Shown here piece after piece: positions 1 through 9,308 of a stretch of DNA of 64,000 bases. A program made the position numbers and the translations under genes. This DNA is from Pseudomonadota bacterium (GTDB taxonomy: Bacteria; Pseudomonadota; Alphaproteobacteria; Caulobacterales; Parvularculaceae). The notes under the pieces are model-generated. The model was not told the DNA's origin and did not search any database. It saw only the letters and a program-made list of their open reading frames with translations. The stretch spans positions 1,996 through 65,995 of the forward strand of contig JBCCUQ010000008.1 in NCBI GenBank assembly GCA_039196665.1. The letters run 5' to 3'. Position 1 is the first letter of the stretch. Each line of letters begins with the position of its first letter.

Positions 1-1257
1 CCGGTAACCTGGGCCTGCGACGCCGCCAAAGTTGACGTCCGTGCCAGCCGCAACGTCTGCTGCCGAACAGCCAAGACCAGCTTCAGCGAGCGTGCCGCCG
101 CCAGGCACTGCAGCCTGCAGGAACGGGTTGTCGCAATTGATGGAGAAGTTACGGAAGAACGTGCCCGAGAACGCGATCTGCGAATCAGTGGTGTTCTCCG
201 TAAATGTGAGATCCATGTACGCTTCAATGTTGTCGGTTACTTCGTAACGCGCCATCGCCGTGATGTTGAAGCGCTCGTTGTTACGCTGGATGAAGTTGTC
301 CGGCGCAAAGTTGAAGAGCTGATCCGGCGAGCCCGTGAACGGCACCAGCGTGCCGTCTTCGTTCAGGAAGAGACCGGCTGGGAAGTTCGTGTTCGAGTTC
401 GACAGGCCGATCCGGCGGAAAGTCGATGAACCGCCGCAAGTAACACGGCCGATACCGCGTGGATCTGGCGTAGCGCCGCCGTCCGAGTTGTACGAACAAG
501 CACTATAGTCGCGCGCGCCCTGACGGATTTCGTTCTGATCCTGATACTGGAAGAACGCCGTCACGTTACCGCGACCGTCCGCTGTGTTTGCGCCCCATGT
601 AGCGGAGACGTTGACACCGCGACCGTCAAGCTCGCTGCCCGGGCGATCAATGCCGAAATTATCCAGCAGCGCATTCGCGAAGTCGTCATTGTTGCCGTCC
701 TGGAAGAAGCCGACCTGGCCATCCAGTTCGAGACCTTCAAAGTCACGGCGCATGATGAAGTTCACAACACCTGCAACGGCGTCAGAACCATACAGAGCCG
801 AGGCGCCGCCTGACACAACGTCAACACGCTCGACGAGCTGTGCTGGGATCACGTCCAGGTTGGCCGTGGAAGCGTTACTGGAGCTACCGCCGATGACTGT
901 AGAATAAGGCAAGCGCTTGCCGTCCATGAGGACCAGCGTACGCGCTGCGCCGAGACCGCGAAGGTTGACGGTGGAAGTACCGTTTGAACCGTTGGCGAGT
1001 TCAGATGTTTGCGCCGCAAAAGCCTGAGGCAGGATGTTGATCAGGTCTTCAACGCGCGTAACACCGCGTGTGTTGATTTCTTCGGCGTCGACCTGGAAGA
1101 CCGGGCTGGATGAAGCAAGATTGGCCTGGTTCAGTCGAGAGCCAGTAACGATGATCGTGTCATCGTCCTGTGCGAATGCCGGCGCGGCCATTGCGGCGGC
1201 GACACCCGTGAGCATCGTAGAGCGCAAAAATCGCCCGACGAGACGTGAGTTTTTCAT
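1..1257 (-). CDS. TonB-dependent outer membrane receptor, N-terminal part (runs off left edge)
   Basis: Hand translation from ATG 1257 (RBS GAGGG): MKNSRLVGRFLRSTMLTGVAAAMAAPAFAQDDDTIIVTGSRLNQ...VNLRGLGAARTLVLMDGKRLP. Signal peptide, TonB-box-like IIVTGSR and plug-domain motif. Absent from the ORF track because its stop lies outside the window. Confidence 0.93.
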   Translation of the reverse strand, partial: MKNSRLVGRFLRSTMLTGVAAAMAAPAFAQDDDTIIVTGSRLNQANLASSSPVFQVDAEEINTRGVTRVEDLINILPQAFAAQTSELANGSNGTSTVNLRGLGAARTLVLMDGKRLPYSTVIGGSSSNASTANLDVIPAQLVERVDVVSGGASALYGSDAVAGVVNFIMRRDFEGLELDGQVGFFQDGNNDDFANALLDNFGIDRPGSELDGRGVNVSATWGANTADGRGNVTAFFQYQDQNEIRQGARDYSACSYNSDGGATPDPRGIGRVTCGGSSTFRRIGLSNSNTNFPAGLFLNEDGTLVPFTGSPDQLFNFAPDNFIQRNNERFNITAMARYEVTDNIEAYMDLTFTENTTDSQIAFSGTFFRNFSINCDNPFLQAAVPGGGTLAEAGLGCSAADVAAGTDVNFGGVAGPGYR

Positions 1258-1508
1258 TATTGTATCCCTCCGAGTTAAACGTAGTTTCTGCGACCTTGAC
1301 CCGACAGACAGAGCCGCAAAGCGTATTTCGCCCCCCCGTAAAATAAGGGCACGATGGTCGTCGATTGGCAGACCGACGGCTAACGCCCAAGCTATGGTCG
1401 CAAGGTCAAGCGCGTCAACACGCAAGTGAATGCAAGGGGGACTCTCGCCGTGAGTGTGGCAATATCACAACAAATATACCTAATGAATTGTTAAAACGGG
1501 CCTATCGG

Positions 1509-2921
1509 CTAGCCCGCCGCCGGCTCTGCGGGAACGATGTCCGAGGCCACAGACAGGCGCGATGAGCCGGTGTCGAATCGCTCGGTGCCGTGCCACATAT
1601 ATGATGGAAACACCGCCATGACGCCTGGCTGAGGTTCGACATATTTTTCCGGCGGCAGCTCAGGCGCCGTCGGGACGCCAGGCTCGCCGAATTTCAGCCA
1701 TCCCGCCTTTTCGTTGGCCGGATCATGCTCCGCGAGCCTCAAATGGCAGGCGGACGACAGCCAGCCCTGCGGGTGAACGTGATTGACGTGAAAACCCTCG
1801 GGATGGAGGCTGACTGAAAATGTGCTGAACGTTCGAAAGCCGCCAATATTGCGGGACCGCAGAGGGTCATCACCGGGGCTGAGACGTTCAATATAGCGGC
1901 GCACAGGCCCCGCCATCGCCTCGATATAGGCGCGCAAAGCAGGGTTGTCTGATCCGTTGATCGACGAAATCTGGCTGCCGTGACGCACTGACTGGCTGAA
2001 CGGATGCGACTTGAAGCTGTGCGCCTCATCCAGGCCTTCGATCAAATCATCGAGATAGGCCTCCAGGCTGCTCCATCCTTTGGGCGCATCCAGCGGAGAC
2101 GTGAAGACAAAGGCGTCATAGTCAAATAGCTCGTGATATCGCTCATCCTGAAGCATACGGTAAGCGGTCGCTTTCAGAGCAATAAACAGCTGGTTCATGG
2201 GATCGCGTCGGGACAAGTTTTCGGCAACGACCGCAGCGCCTTTCCCGTTTCCAGTCGCCAATAGCGCCTGGCAATAGGCGCTGACGACGCCATTGTCGTT
2301 CGGCATTTGGGCGGCGACACGCTCGCCATAGGCAAGCGCCTCATCGAATTCTTTCGCCGCCAGGGCCGCATTGCAGGCTGAATACTCAAGAAACGGATCG
2401 CCATTGGACAATCGCGCCGCTTCTTTAATAATCGCATATTGAATGTCGTTATCGCCCGTTTCGCCGTAAACTTGAGCGCGGGCAATATGCAAGGGCGCAA
2501 CTTCAGGATACGCCTTAATTGCTGAATTCAGAACAGCAAGCGCCTTGTCGCGATCCCCGGTTTTCATCCAGATGAGCTGCGCCAACTCTCGATGAGGGTC
2601 CGGCTCGGTCGGCTGCATTTGCACCAGTTGCCGCAACGCCGCTTCCGCCTCTTCCAACTCGCGATTTCCAGAGAGCACGCGCCCAAAGACAAGCCAGCTT
2701 TCCGGGGCGTTGAGCCCCATCGAAAACGCCTTGCGCATCACATCAACGGCTTCTTTGTTACGTCCAGCCTCGCCCAGAACGGCTGCGTAATTGTGAAGGA
2801 CGGCGACATTGTCAGGAGCTTGCGCCGCCATCGCCCCGAGCACCTCGAGCGCCTCAACATGGCGGCCTTGCGACTTCAGGGTTCGGGCTTCATCCGTTAG
2901 CTCATTCAAGGTTTTGGACAA
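1509..2921 (-). CDS. TPR-repeat protein with C-terminal putative 2OG-Fe(II) oxygenase domain
   Basis: 470 aa; N-terminal TPR-like helices; C-terminal HVNHVHPQGWLSS...VFPSYMWHGT...RLSVASD (HxH...H...R iron/2OG pattern). TTG start. Confidence 0.8.
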   Translation of the reverse strand: MSKTLNELTDEARTLKSQGRHVEALEVLGAMAAQAPDNVAVLHNYAAVLGEAGRNKEAVDVMRKAFSMGLNAPESWLVFGRVLSGNRELEEAEAALRQLVQMQPTEPDPHRELAQLIWMKTGDRDKALAVLNSAIKAYPEVAPLHIARAQVYGETGDNDIQYAIIKEAARLSNGDPFLEYSACNAALAAKEFDEALAYGERVAAQMPNDNGVVSAYCQALLATGNGKGAAVVAENLSRRDPMNQLFIALKATAYRMLQDERYHELFDYDAFVFTSPLDAPKGWSSLEAYLDDLIEGLDEAHSFKSHPFSQSVRHGSQISSINGSDNPALRAYIEAMAGPVRRYIERLSPGDDPLRSRNIGGFRTFSTFSVSLHPEGFHVNHVHPQGWLSSACHLRLAEHDPANEKAGWLKFGEPGVPTAPELPPEKYVEPQPGVMAVFPSYMWHGTERFDTGSSRLSVASDIVPAEPAAG

Positions 2922-3044
2922 TTTTTCGCGCCTTCAGATGCCTGCTGCATCGGCGTCCCAAATAGATGCAGCGTTGAGCTTGTTAATGGACGCCATTAAT
3001 AGCAGCAATGGCGGTGAATGCAGCAGCGGGAAAAAGGCGGCAAA

Positions 3045-3896
3045 ATGACCTATGAAGACGTTGAGTTCCCGGTGGCGCCGGCAATCACCCTGTGCGGCAG
3101 ACATTATCGAGGCGGCGCGCGGACACCGGTTCTGTGCATTCACGGCCTGACGCGAAACGCCAAGGACTTTGCGGACCTCGCGCCAAAAATCGCCGCAACG
3201 GGGCATGACGTCATTGCGGTCAGCCTGCGCGGACGGGGTGGTTCAAGCTACGATCCCGATTATCTTAATTATCATCCGCAAACCTATCGGGACGATGTCC
3301 TGAAGGTGCTGGATATGATGAATACGCCAGAGGCCATTTTCATCGGTACGTCGCTCGGCGGCATTGTCACCATGCTGGCCAACGAATTTGCGCCGGCGCG
3401 TGTGAAGGCCGCCATCCTGAACGATGTCGGGCCGGACCTGGCGCCGGAGGGCATCGCGCGGATCGCCGGCTATGTCGGCGCCAGCACCGGTCCCGTTGCC
3501 GATCTCAATGAGGCGGCCGCGCGCATCAAAGCAATCAACGGCGTCGCCTTTCCGGATGCGACAGACGAGGAATGGATTGTTTTCGCCGAGCGCACCTTTC
3601 GTCAGGACGAGAATGGAAGCTGGGTCCTCGACTATGACATGAATATCGCCCGCGCGCTCGCTGAGCTCGGCCCTGCGCCCGATTTGTGGCCGGCTTTTGA
3701 GAGCCTGAAAGACACGCCGACGCTTGTGGTGCGGGGCGCGCTCAGCGACCTCTTAACGCCCCCGATCATCGACAGGATGCGTGCGGTTCATCCAGCCTTT
3801 CAGTATACAGAGGTTCCACGCATCGGCCATGCGCCAATGATGACGGAGCCCGCCGCATGGAACGCAGTCTCTACATTTTTGAAAACGCTTGATTGA
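3045..3896 (+). CDS. alpha/beta fold hydrolase
   Basis: HGLTRN oxyanion region, GTSLGG nucleophile elbow, GHAP His; start placed at internal ATG 3045. Confidence 0.88.
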   Translation: MTYEDVEFPVAPAITLCGRHYRGGARTPVLCIHGLTRNAKDFADLAPKIAATGHDVIAVSLRGRGGSSYDPDYLNYHPQTYRDDVLKVLDMMNTPEAIFIGTSLGGIVTMLANEFAPARVKAAILNDVGPDLAPEGIARIAGYVGASTGPVADLNEAAARIKAINGVAFPDATDEEWIVFAERTFRQDENGSWVLDYDMNIARALAELGPAPDLWPAFESLKDTPTLVVRGALSDLLTPPIIDRMRAVHPAFQYTEVPRIGHAPMMTEPAAWNAVSTFLKTLD

Positions 3897-3937
3897 CAAG
3901 CCATGACTACATCGCATCAAAAAAGGGATCCTCAGAC

Positions 3938-4504
3938 ATGAACAAAAGAAAAATTATCTGGCTTTGCGTTTTTTCCATTTTTCTGTCGTTCAACGTTCAA
4001 CATGCGGCCTTTGCGGAGCCAAGCGATGCAACTGTGGAAATTTACGATCCCGAAGCGCGCCTTGAAGAACTGAACATCACCCTGCCCACGCCGCCAACTC
4101 CGGTTGCGAATTATGTAAACGGCGTCAGGACGGGCAATTTGATATTCCTGGCCGGCAAGGGCCCTAAGCGGGTGGACGGCACGGAGATAACGGGCAAGCT
4201 CGGCGCTGACCTGAGCATTGAAGAGGGCTATGAAGGCGCCCGGCTGACCGCAATCAATCAGTTGGCGGTTTTGAAGGACATGCTCGGCGACCTGGACCGG
4301 GTCACACGGGTCGTAAAAGTTTTGGGCATGGTCAATTCAGACCCATCCTTTGTCGATCAGCCTGCAGTCATAAACGGGTTTTCCGATTTGATTGTTGAAG
4401 TCTTTGGCGAGCGTGGGCGGCACGCGCGCGCTGCAGTCGGCATGGCGTCATTACCGAGAGGCCAGGCGGTCGAAATTGAAATGATTGTAGAAGTGCGGGA
4501 TTAA
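3938..4504 (+). CDS. RidA/YjgF family protein with N-terminal signal peptide
   Basis: PTPVANYV...HARAAVGMASLPRGQAVEIE is Rid-family; preceded by MNKRKIIWLCVFSIFLSFNVQHAAFA signal-like sequence. Confidence 0.85.
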   Translation: MNKRKIIWLCVFSIFLSFNVQHAAFAEPSDATVEIYDPEARLEELNITLPTPPTPVANYVNGVRTGNLIFLAGKGPKRVDGTEITGKLGADLSIEEGYEGARLTAINQLAVLKDMLGDLDRVTRVVKVLGMVNSDPSFVDQPAVINGFSDLIVEVFGERGRHARAAVGMASLPRGQAVEIEMIVEVRD

Positions 4505-4520
4505 AGCGGAGAACATAAAA

Positions 4521-5465
4521 ATGCTCAAAGCAATATTGACCCGCGCTATCACAGTAATTCTCGTCATGCTGATGTCGTTACATGCCAGCGCGCAGGAAAA
4601 CACAGCTGAGCCCAGCAGTTTGCAATTTAAATATCTCGGCGCAGCCGGCTGGGAAATCTCCGACGGCAAGATTGTCGTGTTAATCGATCCATATATTTCA
4701 CGCTTAAAATATACCGACCGCGGCCATCCGGACGACGAACGCCGGGCATTCGCGCGTGACGATATCGCCGTCTCCGATGAAGCGCTCATTGATCAAACCA
4801 TATCAAAGGCTGATTTTATATTGGTGCATCACTCACATTTCGATCATTTGGGCGACGTTCCCTATATCGCCCAAAAGACCGGCGCCAAGGTCATCGGCAC
4901 AGAAACCACAATGACCATTCTGCGCGCCTATGGCGTCCCCGATGGCCAACTCTATGCCGTTGGCGGCGGCGAAGACTACCAGTTTGAAAATTTTTCCGTG
5001 CGGGTCGTACCGTCGATCCACTCAGCCTTGAATGAAAAACACTATTTCGACTCAAGGCGCTACGACCGGGACACCAAGTTGAAAGCGCCTCTTCGCATCA
5101 ACCAGTTTATCGAAGGCGGATCGTTGATGTTTCTGGCGCGCTTCGACAATCATAAAGTTCTCACCATGGGTTCAATGAATTTCATTGAACGGGAGATGGA
5201 AGGCCTGGATCCCGATATATTGCTGGCCGGGATCAACGGGTCGAGATTGGGCCTTTATAATTATGACGAGCGCCTTGTGGAGGCTACAGGCCGCCCGCCA
5301 ACGATCATCCCTACTCACTGGGATAGCTTCACCCTGCCATACGACTTTTCCCAGGAAGCGAACGTCCGCGAAAAGCTGCATCCATTTGCCGATACGGTAA
5401 AAGCTTTATCACCGGAATCCCGGGTTATTATACCCGTACATCTGGAGCCTTTTGTCGTTGACTGA
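4521..5465 (+). CDS. exported MBL-fold metallo-hydrolase
   Basis: HSHFDH (HxHxDH) motif, IPTHWD, signal peptide ending ASA; 16 bp after the Rid gene. Confidence 0.88.
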   Translation: MLKAILTRAITVILVMLMSLHASAQENTAEPSSLQFKYLGAAGWEISDGKIVVLIDPYISRLKYTDRGHPDDERRAFARDDIAVSDEALIDQTISKADFILVHHSHFDHLGDVPYIAQKTGAKVIGTETTMTILRAYGVPDGQLYAVGGGEDYQFENFSVRVVPSIHSALNEKHYFDSRRYDRDTKLKAPLRINQFIEGGSLMFLARFDNHKVLTMGSMNFIEREMEGLDPDILLAGINGSRLGLYNYDERLVEATGRPPTIIPTHWDSFTLPYDFSQEANVREKLHPFADTVKALSPESRVIIPVHLEPFVVD

Positions 5466-5519
5466 GCATTGTCGCAAGATGGGATTCCACTACGTCTCAA
5501 TGCTTCAGAAACAGCATTT

Positions 5520-6272
5520 TCAGCTTTTTTCCAAAGCGACGCCATGAATACCGCACTCGGTTTTCGCAGCGCCGCGCCAGCGCCCGGCGCGTACGTCTTC
5601 ACCGCTTGCCACGGGATGCGTGCAAGGCCAGCAGCCAATTGAGGGATAGCCCTGCGCCACCAGCGGGTGTGGCGGCAGATCATGTTCCGTAGCATATGCC
5701 GCCACATCGTCTTTAGACCAACGGATCAGCGGATTGACTTTGATATGCGTGTCGTTTGCTTCAAAGGCCGGCAGGCCCATGCGTCCGCCGCCATGAAACT
5801 GCTTACGGCCCGTAATCCAGGCGTCGAATGGCTCAAGCGCGTCACCAAGGGGTTCAACTTTGCGCAATGTGCAGCACGCATCGGGATCGCTTTTCCATAA
5901 GTCGCCGTCAGCGTCACGCGCCTTCACCGCGACGCTATTAGGTCTCACATCGATGACATTGGTAAGACCGAGCCGCGCCGCCAGCTTCTTTCGATAACTC
6001 AGCGTTTGAGCGAAGTGTTTTTGCGTATCGAGAAAGACGACTGGCGTCGCCGGATCAATTTCCGATACAAGATGCAATAGCGCAGCAGACTCCGCCCCAA
6101 AGGACGACACTAAAGCAATCCGGCTCTTAAACTCCTGCTGAATGGCGTGCGCAAGAACCTCGCGCGCGTCTGCCGAAACGAAACGCGCGGCGAGGCTGCG
6201 CGCCCTGAGGTTGAGTAAACTTTCGCCATTGTCCGCTGGAGCTGACGATAAAGGGATTACCTGCGCGGTCAT
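5520..6272 (-). CDS. cysH: phosphoadenylyl/adenylyl-sulfate reductase
   Basis: SSFGAES, CCTLRKVEPL, GYPSIGCWPCT, KTECGIH. Confidence 0.95.
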   Translation of the reverse strand: MTAQVIPLSSAPADNGESLLNLRARSLAARFVSADAREVLAHAIQQEFKSRIALVSSFGAESAALLHLVSEIDPATPVVFLDTQKHFAQTLSYRKKLAARLGLTNVIDVRPNSVAVKARDADGDLWKSDPDACCTLRKVEPLGDALEPFDAWITGRKQFHGGGRMGLPAFEANDTHIKVNPLIRWSKDDVAAYATEHDLPPHPLVAQGYPSIGCWPCTHPVASGEDVRAGRWRGAAKTECGIHGVALEKS

Positions 6273-6305
6273 GATGAGCTCGCTAACGTCAATGTTTGTG
6301 AAATT

Positions 6306-6770
6306 TTAAGCGGCCTCGGCGCGGCGCCCGCGCTTGCGCCACACCGGGTCTGCGCCATCCGCCGCCGGCTGGTAGGCGAGCGTAAACTCGCGCAACGCGT
6401 CTTGCGCTGCTGACGCTCCAGCGCCATCAAATTCAAACGCATCAATGCCGCATCGGGTCATAAACAAAATCTGATCGCGCAAGATATCGCCCCGTGCGCG
6501 AATCTCGCCTGTGAAACCGTAGCGCTCACGCAACAGCCGGGCCTGACTATAGGCGCGGCCATCCGTAAACGAAGGAAAATCAAGAACGATACTGTCAAAC
6601 CCGTTCAAATCCTTTTGTATACCGCTAAGCGACGCATCGTTGGAAACAACCAGAACGGTCGCATCCGCATGGGCCTGTGGATTATCGCACCAGTCATCAA
6701 GCGTGACTTCCTGTGAGGCCTCATCGAGCGCCGGAAGAAACCGGCCATGGATAAGCTTAAGCAGCGGCAT
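6306..6770 (-). CDS. DUF934 domain protein
   Basis: FPSFTDGRAYSQARLLRERYGFTGEIRARGD; start at MPLLK (6770), overlapping the cysI stop; usual position between cysI and cysH. Confidence 0.9.
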   Translation of the reverse strand: MPLLKLIHGRFLPALDEASQEVTLDDWCDNPQAHADATVLVVSNDASLSGIQKDLNGFDSIVLDFPSFTDGRAYSQARLLRERYGFTGEIRARGDILRDQILFMTRCGIDAFEFDGAGASAAQDALREFTLAYQPAADGADPVWRKRGRRAEAA

Positions 6771-8412
6771 AAAGCGCCTCCTTGAATGGGTCGGCGCCAA
6801 GGCGCCGATAGGTATCGAGAAATCGTTCATCTTGCTGTTTGTTTTGACGATAAAAGCCAACGAGTTTTTCAACAGCGTCGACCACCTCCGTTGAGGAAAG
6901 TCCCCGACCGGCAATCTCGCCGATCGATGCGTCTTCCGCGCCGGAACCGCCGAGCGTGATCTGGTAGAATTCCTCACCTTTTTTATCGACGCCGAGAATG
7001 CCGATGTGGCCCACATGATGATGCCCGCAGGCGTTGATGCATCCGGAAATCTTGATCTTTAGCTCACCCAGTTCTTCCTGAGTCCCAAGATCGGCGAACC
7101 GCTCGGAGATACGCTGGGCGATCGGGATAGAGCGCGTATTGGCGAGCGAACAGTAATCGAGACCGGGACACGCAATGATATCGCTGACGAGACCAATATT
7201 CGCTGTGTCAAGGCAGTCCGCTTTTAGCAGCTTATAGACTGCATAAAGATCATCCTTTTTGACGTGAGGCAGCACAAGGTTCTGTTCATGCGTCGCGCGA
7301 ATCTCATCAAAGGAATAACGTTCGGCGATATCCGCGACCGTTTCCATCTGCTTGTCGGAAATATCCCCGGGGATGGCGCCGATCCCTTTCAACGAAATAT
7401 TGACGATGGCGTAACCGCGCGCTTTATGCGCGACGGTATTGACGCGCACCCATCGATCAAACTCATCATCAATGACGCGCTGTTCCTTAAGCACCGCACT
7501 GTCATCGGCGAGCTTTTCAAACACAGGCGGCGCAAAATAATCCTGAATGCGCGCCATCTCCTCACGAGGAAGATCGATCCCGGTGTTTTTGATATTCGCC
7601 CACTCATCCTCAACCAGACGGGCGAATGCATCGGGGCCTTCCGCATTCAGGAGAATTTTGATGCGGGCTTTGTATTTGTTGTCGCGCCGACCGGAGAGAT
7701 TATAAACCCGCAAAATCGCTTCCAGGTAAGACAGCAATTGCGCTTCCGGCAAAAACTCACGGATCGTATGCCCCACATAAGGGGTGCGGCCGAGCCCGCC
7801 GCCAACGATAACTTCAAATCCGGTTTCGCCAGCGTCGTTTTTGTAAAGCCGCAGGCCGATATCGTGCACCTTCACGGCGGCGCGGTCATGATTGGACGCG
7901 GTGATGGCGATCTTGAACTTGCGCGGCAGGAAAGAAAATTCCGGATGAAAAGTCGACCACTGACGGATCATCTCGCCATAGGGCCGGGGGTCGGCGACTT
8001 CGTCCCGCGCCGCGCCCGCATATTGGTCCGACGTCACATTGCGAATGCAGTTTCCCGACGTCTGGATGGCGTGCATCTCAACTTCGGCGAGATCGTCAAG
8101 GATGGCGGGTACGTCAACGAGCGCCGGCCAGTTGTATTGAATGTTCTGGCGCGTGGTGAAATGGCCGTAGCCCTTGTCATATTTACGCGCCACATAAGCA
8201 AGCTTGCGCATCTGTTTTGACGACAGCGCGCCATAGGGAATCGCAACGCGCAGCATATAAGCGTGAAGCTGCAGATAGAGACCGTTCATCAAGCGGAGCG
8301 GTTTGAACTGATCTTCTGTCAGTTCGCCGGAGAGGCGCCGCGAGACCTGGCCACGAAACTGCTCCACGCGCTCTTTAACGATTGTCGCGTCAAATTCATC
8401 GTAGCGGTACAT
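6757..8412 (-). CDS. cysI: nitrite/sulfite reductase hemoprotein
   Basis: RLMNGLYLQLHAYMLRV, LPRKFKIA, CPGLDYC...SGCINAC siroheme/4Fe-4S motifs. Confidence 0.95.
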   Translation of the reverse strand: MYRYDEFDATIVKERVEQFRGQVSRRLSGELTEDQFKPLRLMNGLYLQLHAYMLRVAIPYGALSSKQMRKLAYVARKYDKGYGHFTTRQNIQYNWPALVDVPAILDDLAEVEMHAIQTSGNCIRNVTSDQYAGAARDEVADPRPYGEMIRQWSTFHPEFSFLPRKFKIAITASNHDRAAVKVHDIGLRLYKNDAGETGFEVIVGGGLGRTPYVGHTIREFLPEAQLLSYLEAILRVYNLSGRRDNKYKARIKILLNAEGPDAFARLVEDEWANIKNTGIDLPREEMARIQDYFAPPVFEKLADDSAVLKEQRVIDDEFDRWVRVNTVAHKARGYAIVNISLKGIGAIPGDISDKQMETVADIAERYSFDEIRATHEQNLVLPHVKKDDLYAVYKLLKADCLDTANIGLVSDIIACPGLDYCSLANTRSIPIAQRISERFADLGTQEELGELKIKISGCINACGHHHVGHIGILGVDKKGEEFYQITLGGSGAEDASIGEIAGRGLSSTEVVDAVEKLVGFYRQNKQQDERFLDTYRRLGADPFKEALYAAA

Positions 8413-9023
8413 CAGGCGGTCTCCACAGCTTCAAGATCAAGGTCGCGCTCGACGCGCGCGATCCAAGAACGCACTTTTGGATAATCCGAGAGATCAAAAC
8501 CGCCGCTCTCAGCGACCCGCGTGTACGCCACAACCGCAATGTCAGCGAGGGTCAATGCATCACCGGCGAGATAATCAGCATCCGTCAGCGTACGCTCCAT
8601 CAGATCCAGCGCCGCATAGCCCCGCGGCAGCCATTCGCTGTCGATCTCATCATCGGAGAGTTTTTTAAACGCTTTACGGAACCGCCGACCGGCGATGTAG
8701 GGTTCATGGGAGTTCTGCTCCCAGAACAGCCACTGAAAGACTTTGGACCGGGCGAGAGGGGCTTCAGGAAGAAGCTTTCCGCCGTGCGCTTCAGCAAGAT
8801 AGACGATAATAGCGTTGGACTGCGTGATGATGCGCCCGTCAGGCAGCAGAACTGTCGGAACCTGCCCAAAAGGATTGACGGCCAGAAACTCTTTCGTACG
8901 GGTTTCGCCATTCATGATGTCGAGCGGCGCCCATTCATAATCGAGCCCCAGATAATCCGCCGTCCATTTGGCTTTCAGGCAATTACCGCTGATCGGATCG
9001 CCATAGAGTTTCAACTTCCCCAT
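8412..9023 (-). CDS. glutathione S-transferase family protein
   Basis: SGNCLK, NPFGQVPT, QSNAI, TLADIA motifs; TGATG overlap with cysI. Confidence 0.92.
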   Translation of the reverse strand: MGKLKLYGDPISGNCLKAKWTADYLGLDYEWAPLDIMNGETRTKEFLAVNPFGQVPTVLLPDGRIITQSNAIIVYLAEAHGGKLLPEAPLARSKVFQWLFWEQNSHEPYIAGRRFRKAFKKLSDDEIDSEWLPRGYAALDLMERTLTDADYLAGDALTLADIAVVAYTRVAESGGFDLSDYPKVRSWIARVERDLDLEAVETA

Positions 9024-9026
9024 GAC

Positions 9027-9308
9027 CTAAGCTCCCGCCTGATAACCGAGATCGAGGCGCACCGTCGGTCCCGACTTTCGAATGGTCTCACGCAACGCTT
9101 CACGTCCCGCAGGCGCACCCTCTTCACTGATCTCAATGAGATACGCATCTGCAATTTCATCCTTGCGTAACTGCGCCGCCGTCAGGACTACACTGGCGTC
9201 GTCACTTTCAAATCTGGCCGCTTGAGCCAGGCGCACCGTCCACTGATCATTATCGTCGAGATAAACGACGGCGCCATCGGCCAATCGATTTCCTGTCACC
9301 GCTTTCAT
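9027..9308 (-). CDS. DUF2849 domain protein
   Basis: MKAVTGNRLADGAVVYL...RETIRKSGPTVR; usual cysG-cysI neighbour. Confidence 0.88.
   Translation of the reverse strand: MKAVTGNRLADGAVVYLDDNDQWTVRLAQAARFESDDASVVLTAAQLRKDEIADAYLIEISEEGAPAGREALRETIRKSGPTVRLDLGYQAGA

Noticed and set aside
1480-1494. CTAA-N7-TTAA CtrA-like site upstream of the TonB receptor
   Set aside because: One mismatch in an AT-rich tract; not distinguishable from chance without conservation data.
1258-1508. Possible cobalamin or TPP riboswitch before the TonB receptor
   Set aside because: No B12-box or THI-box consensus found on the minus strand.
7264-8220. 318-aa plus-strand ORF
   Set aside because: Antisense shadow of cysI with no motifs. 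The same applies to 8382-9170, 35690-36562, 36981-38324 and similar long overlapping ORFs.
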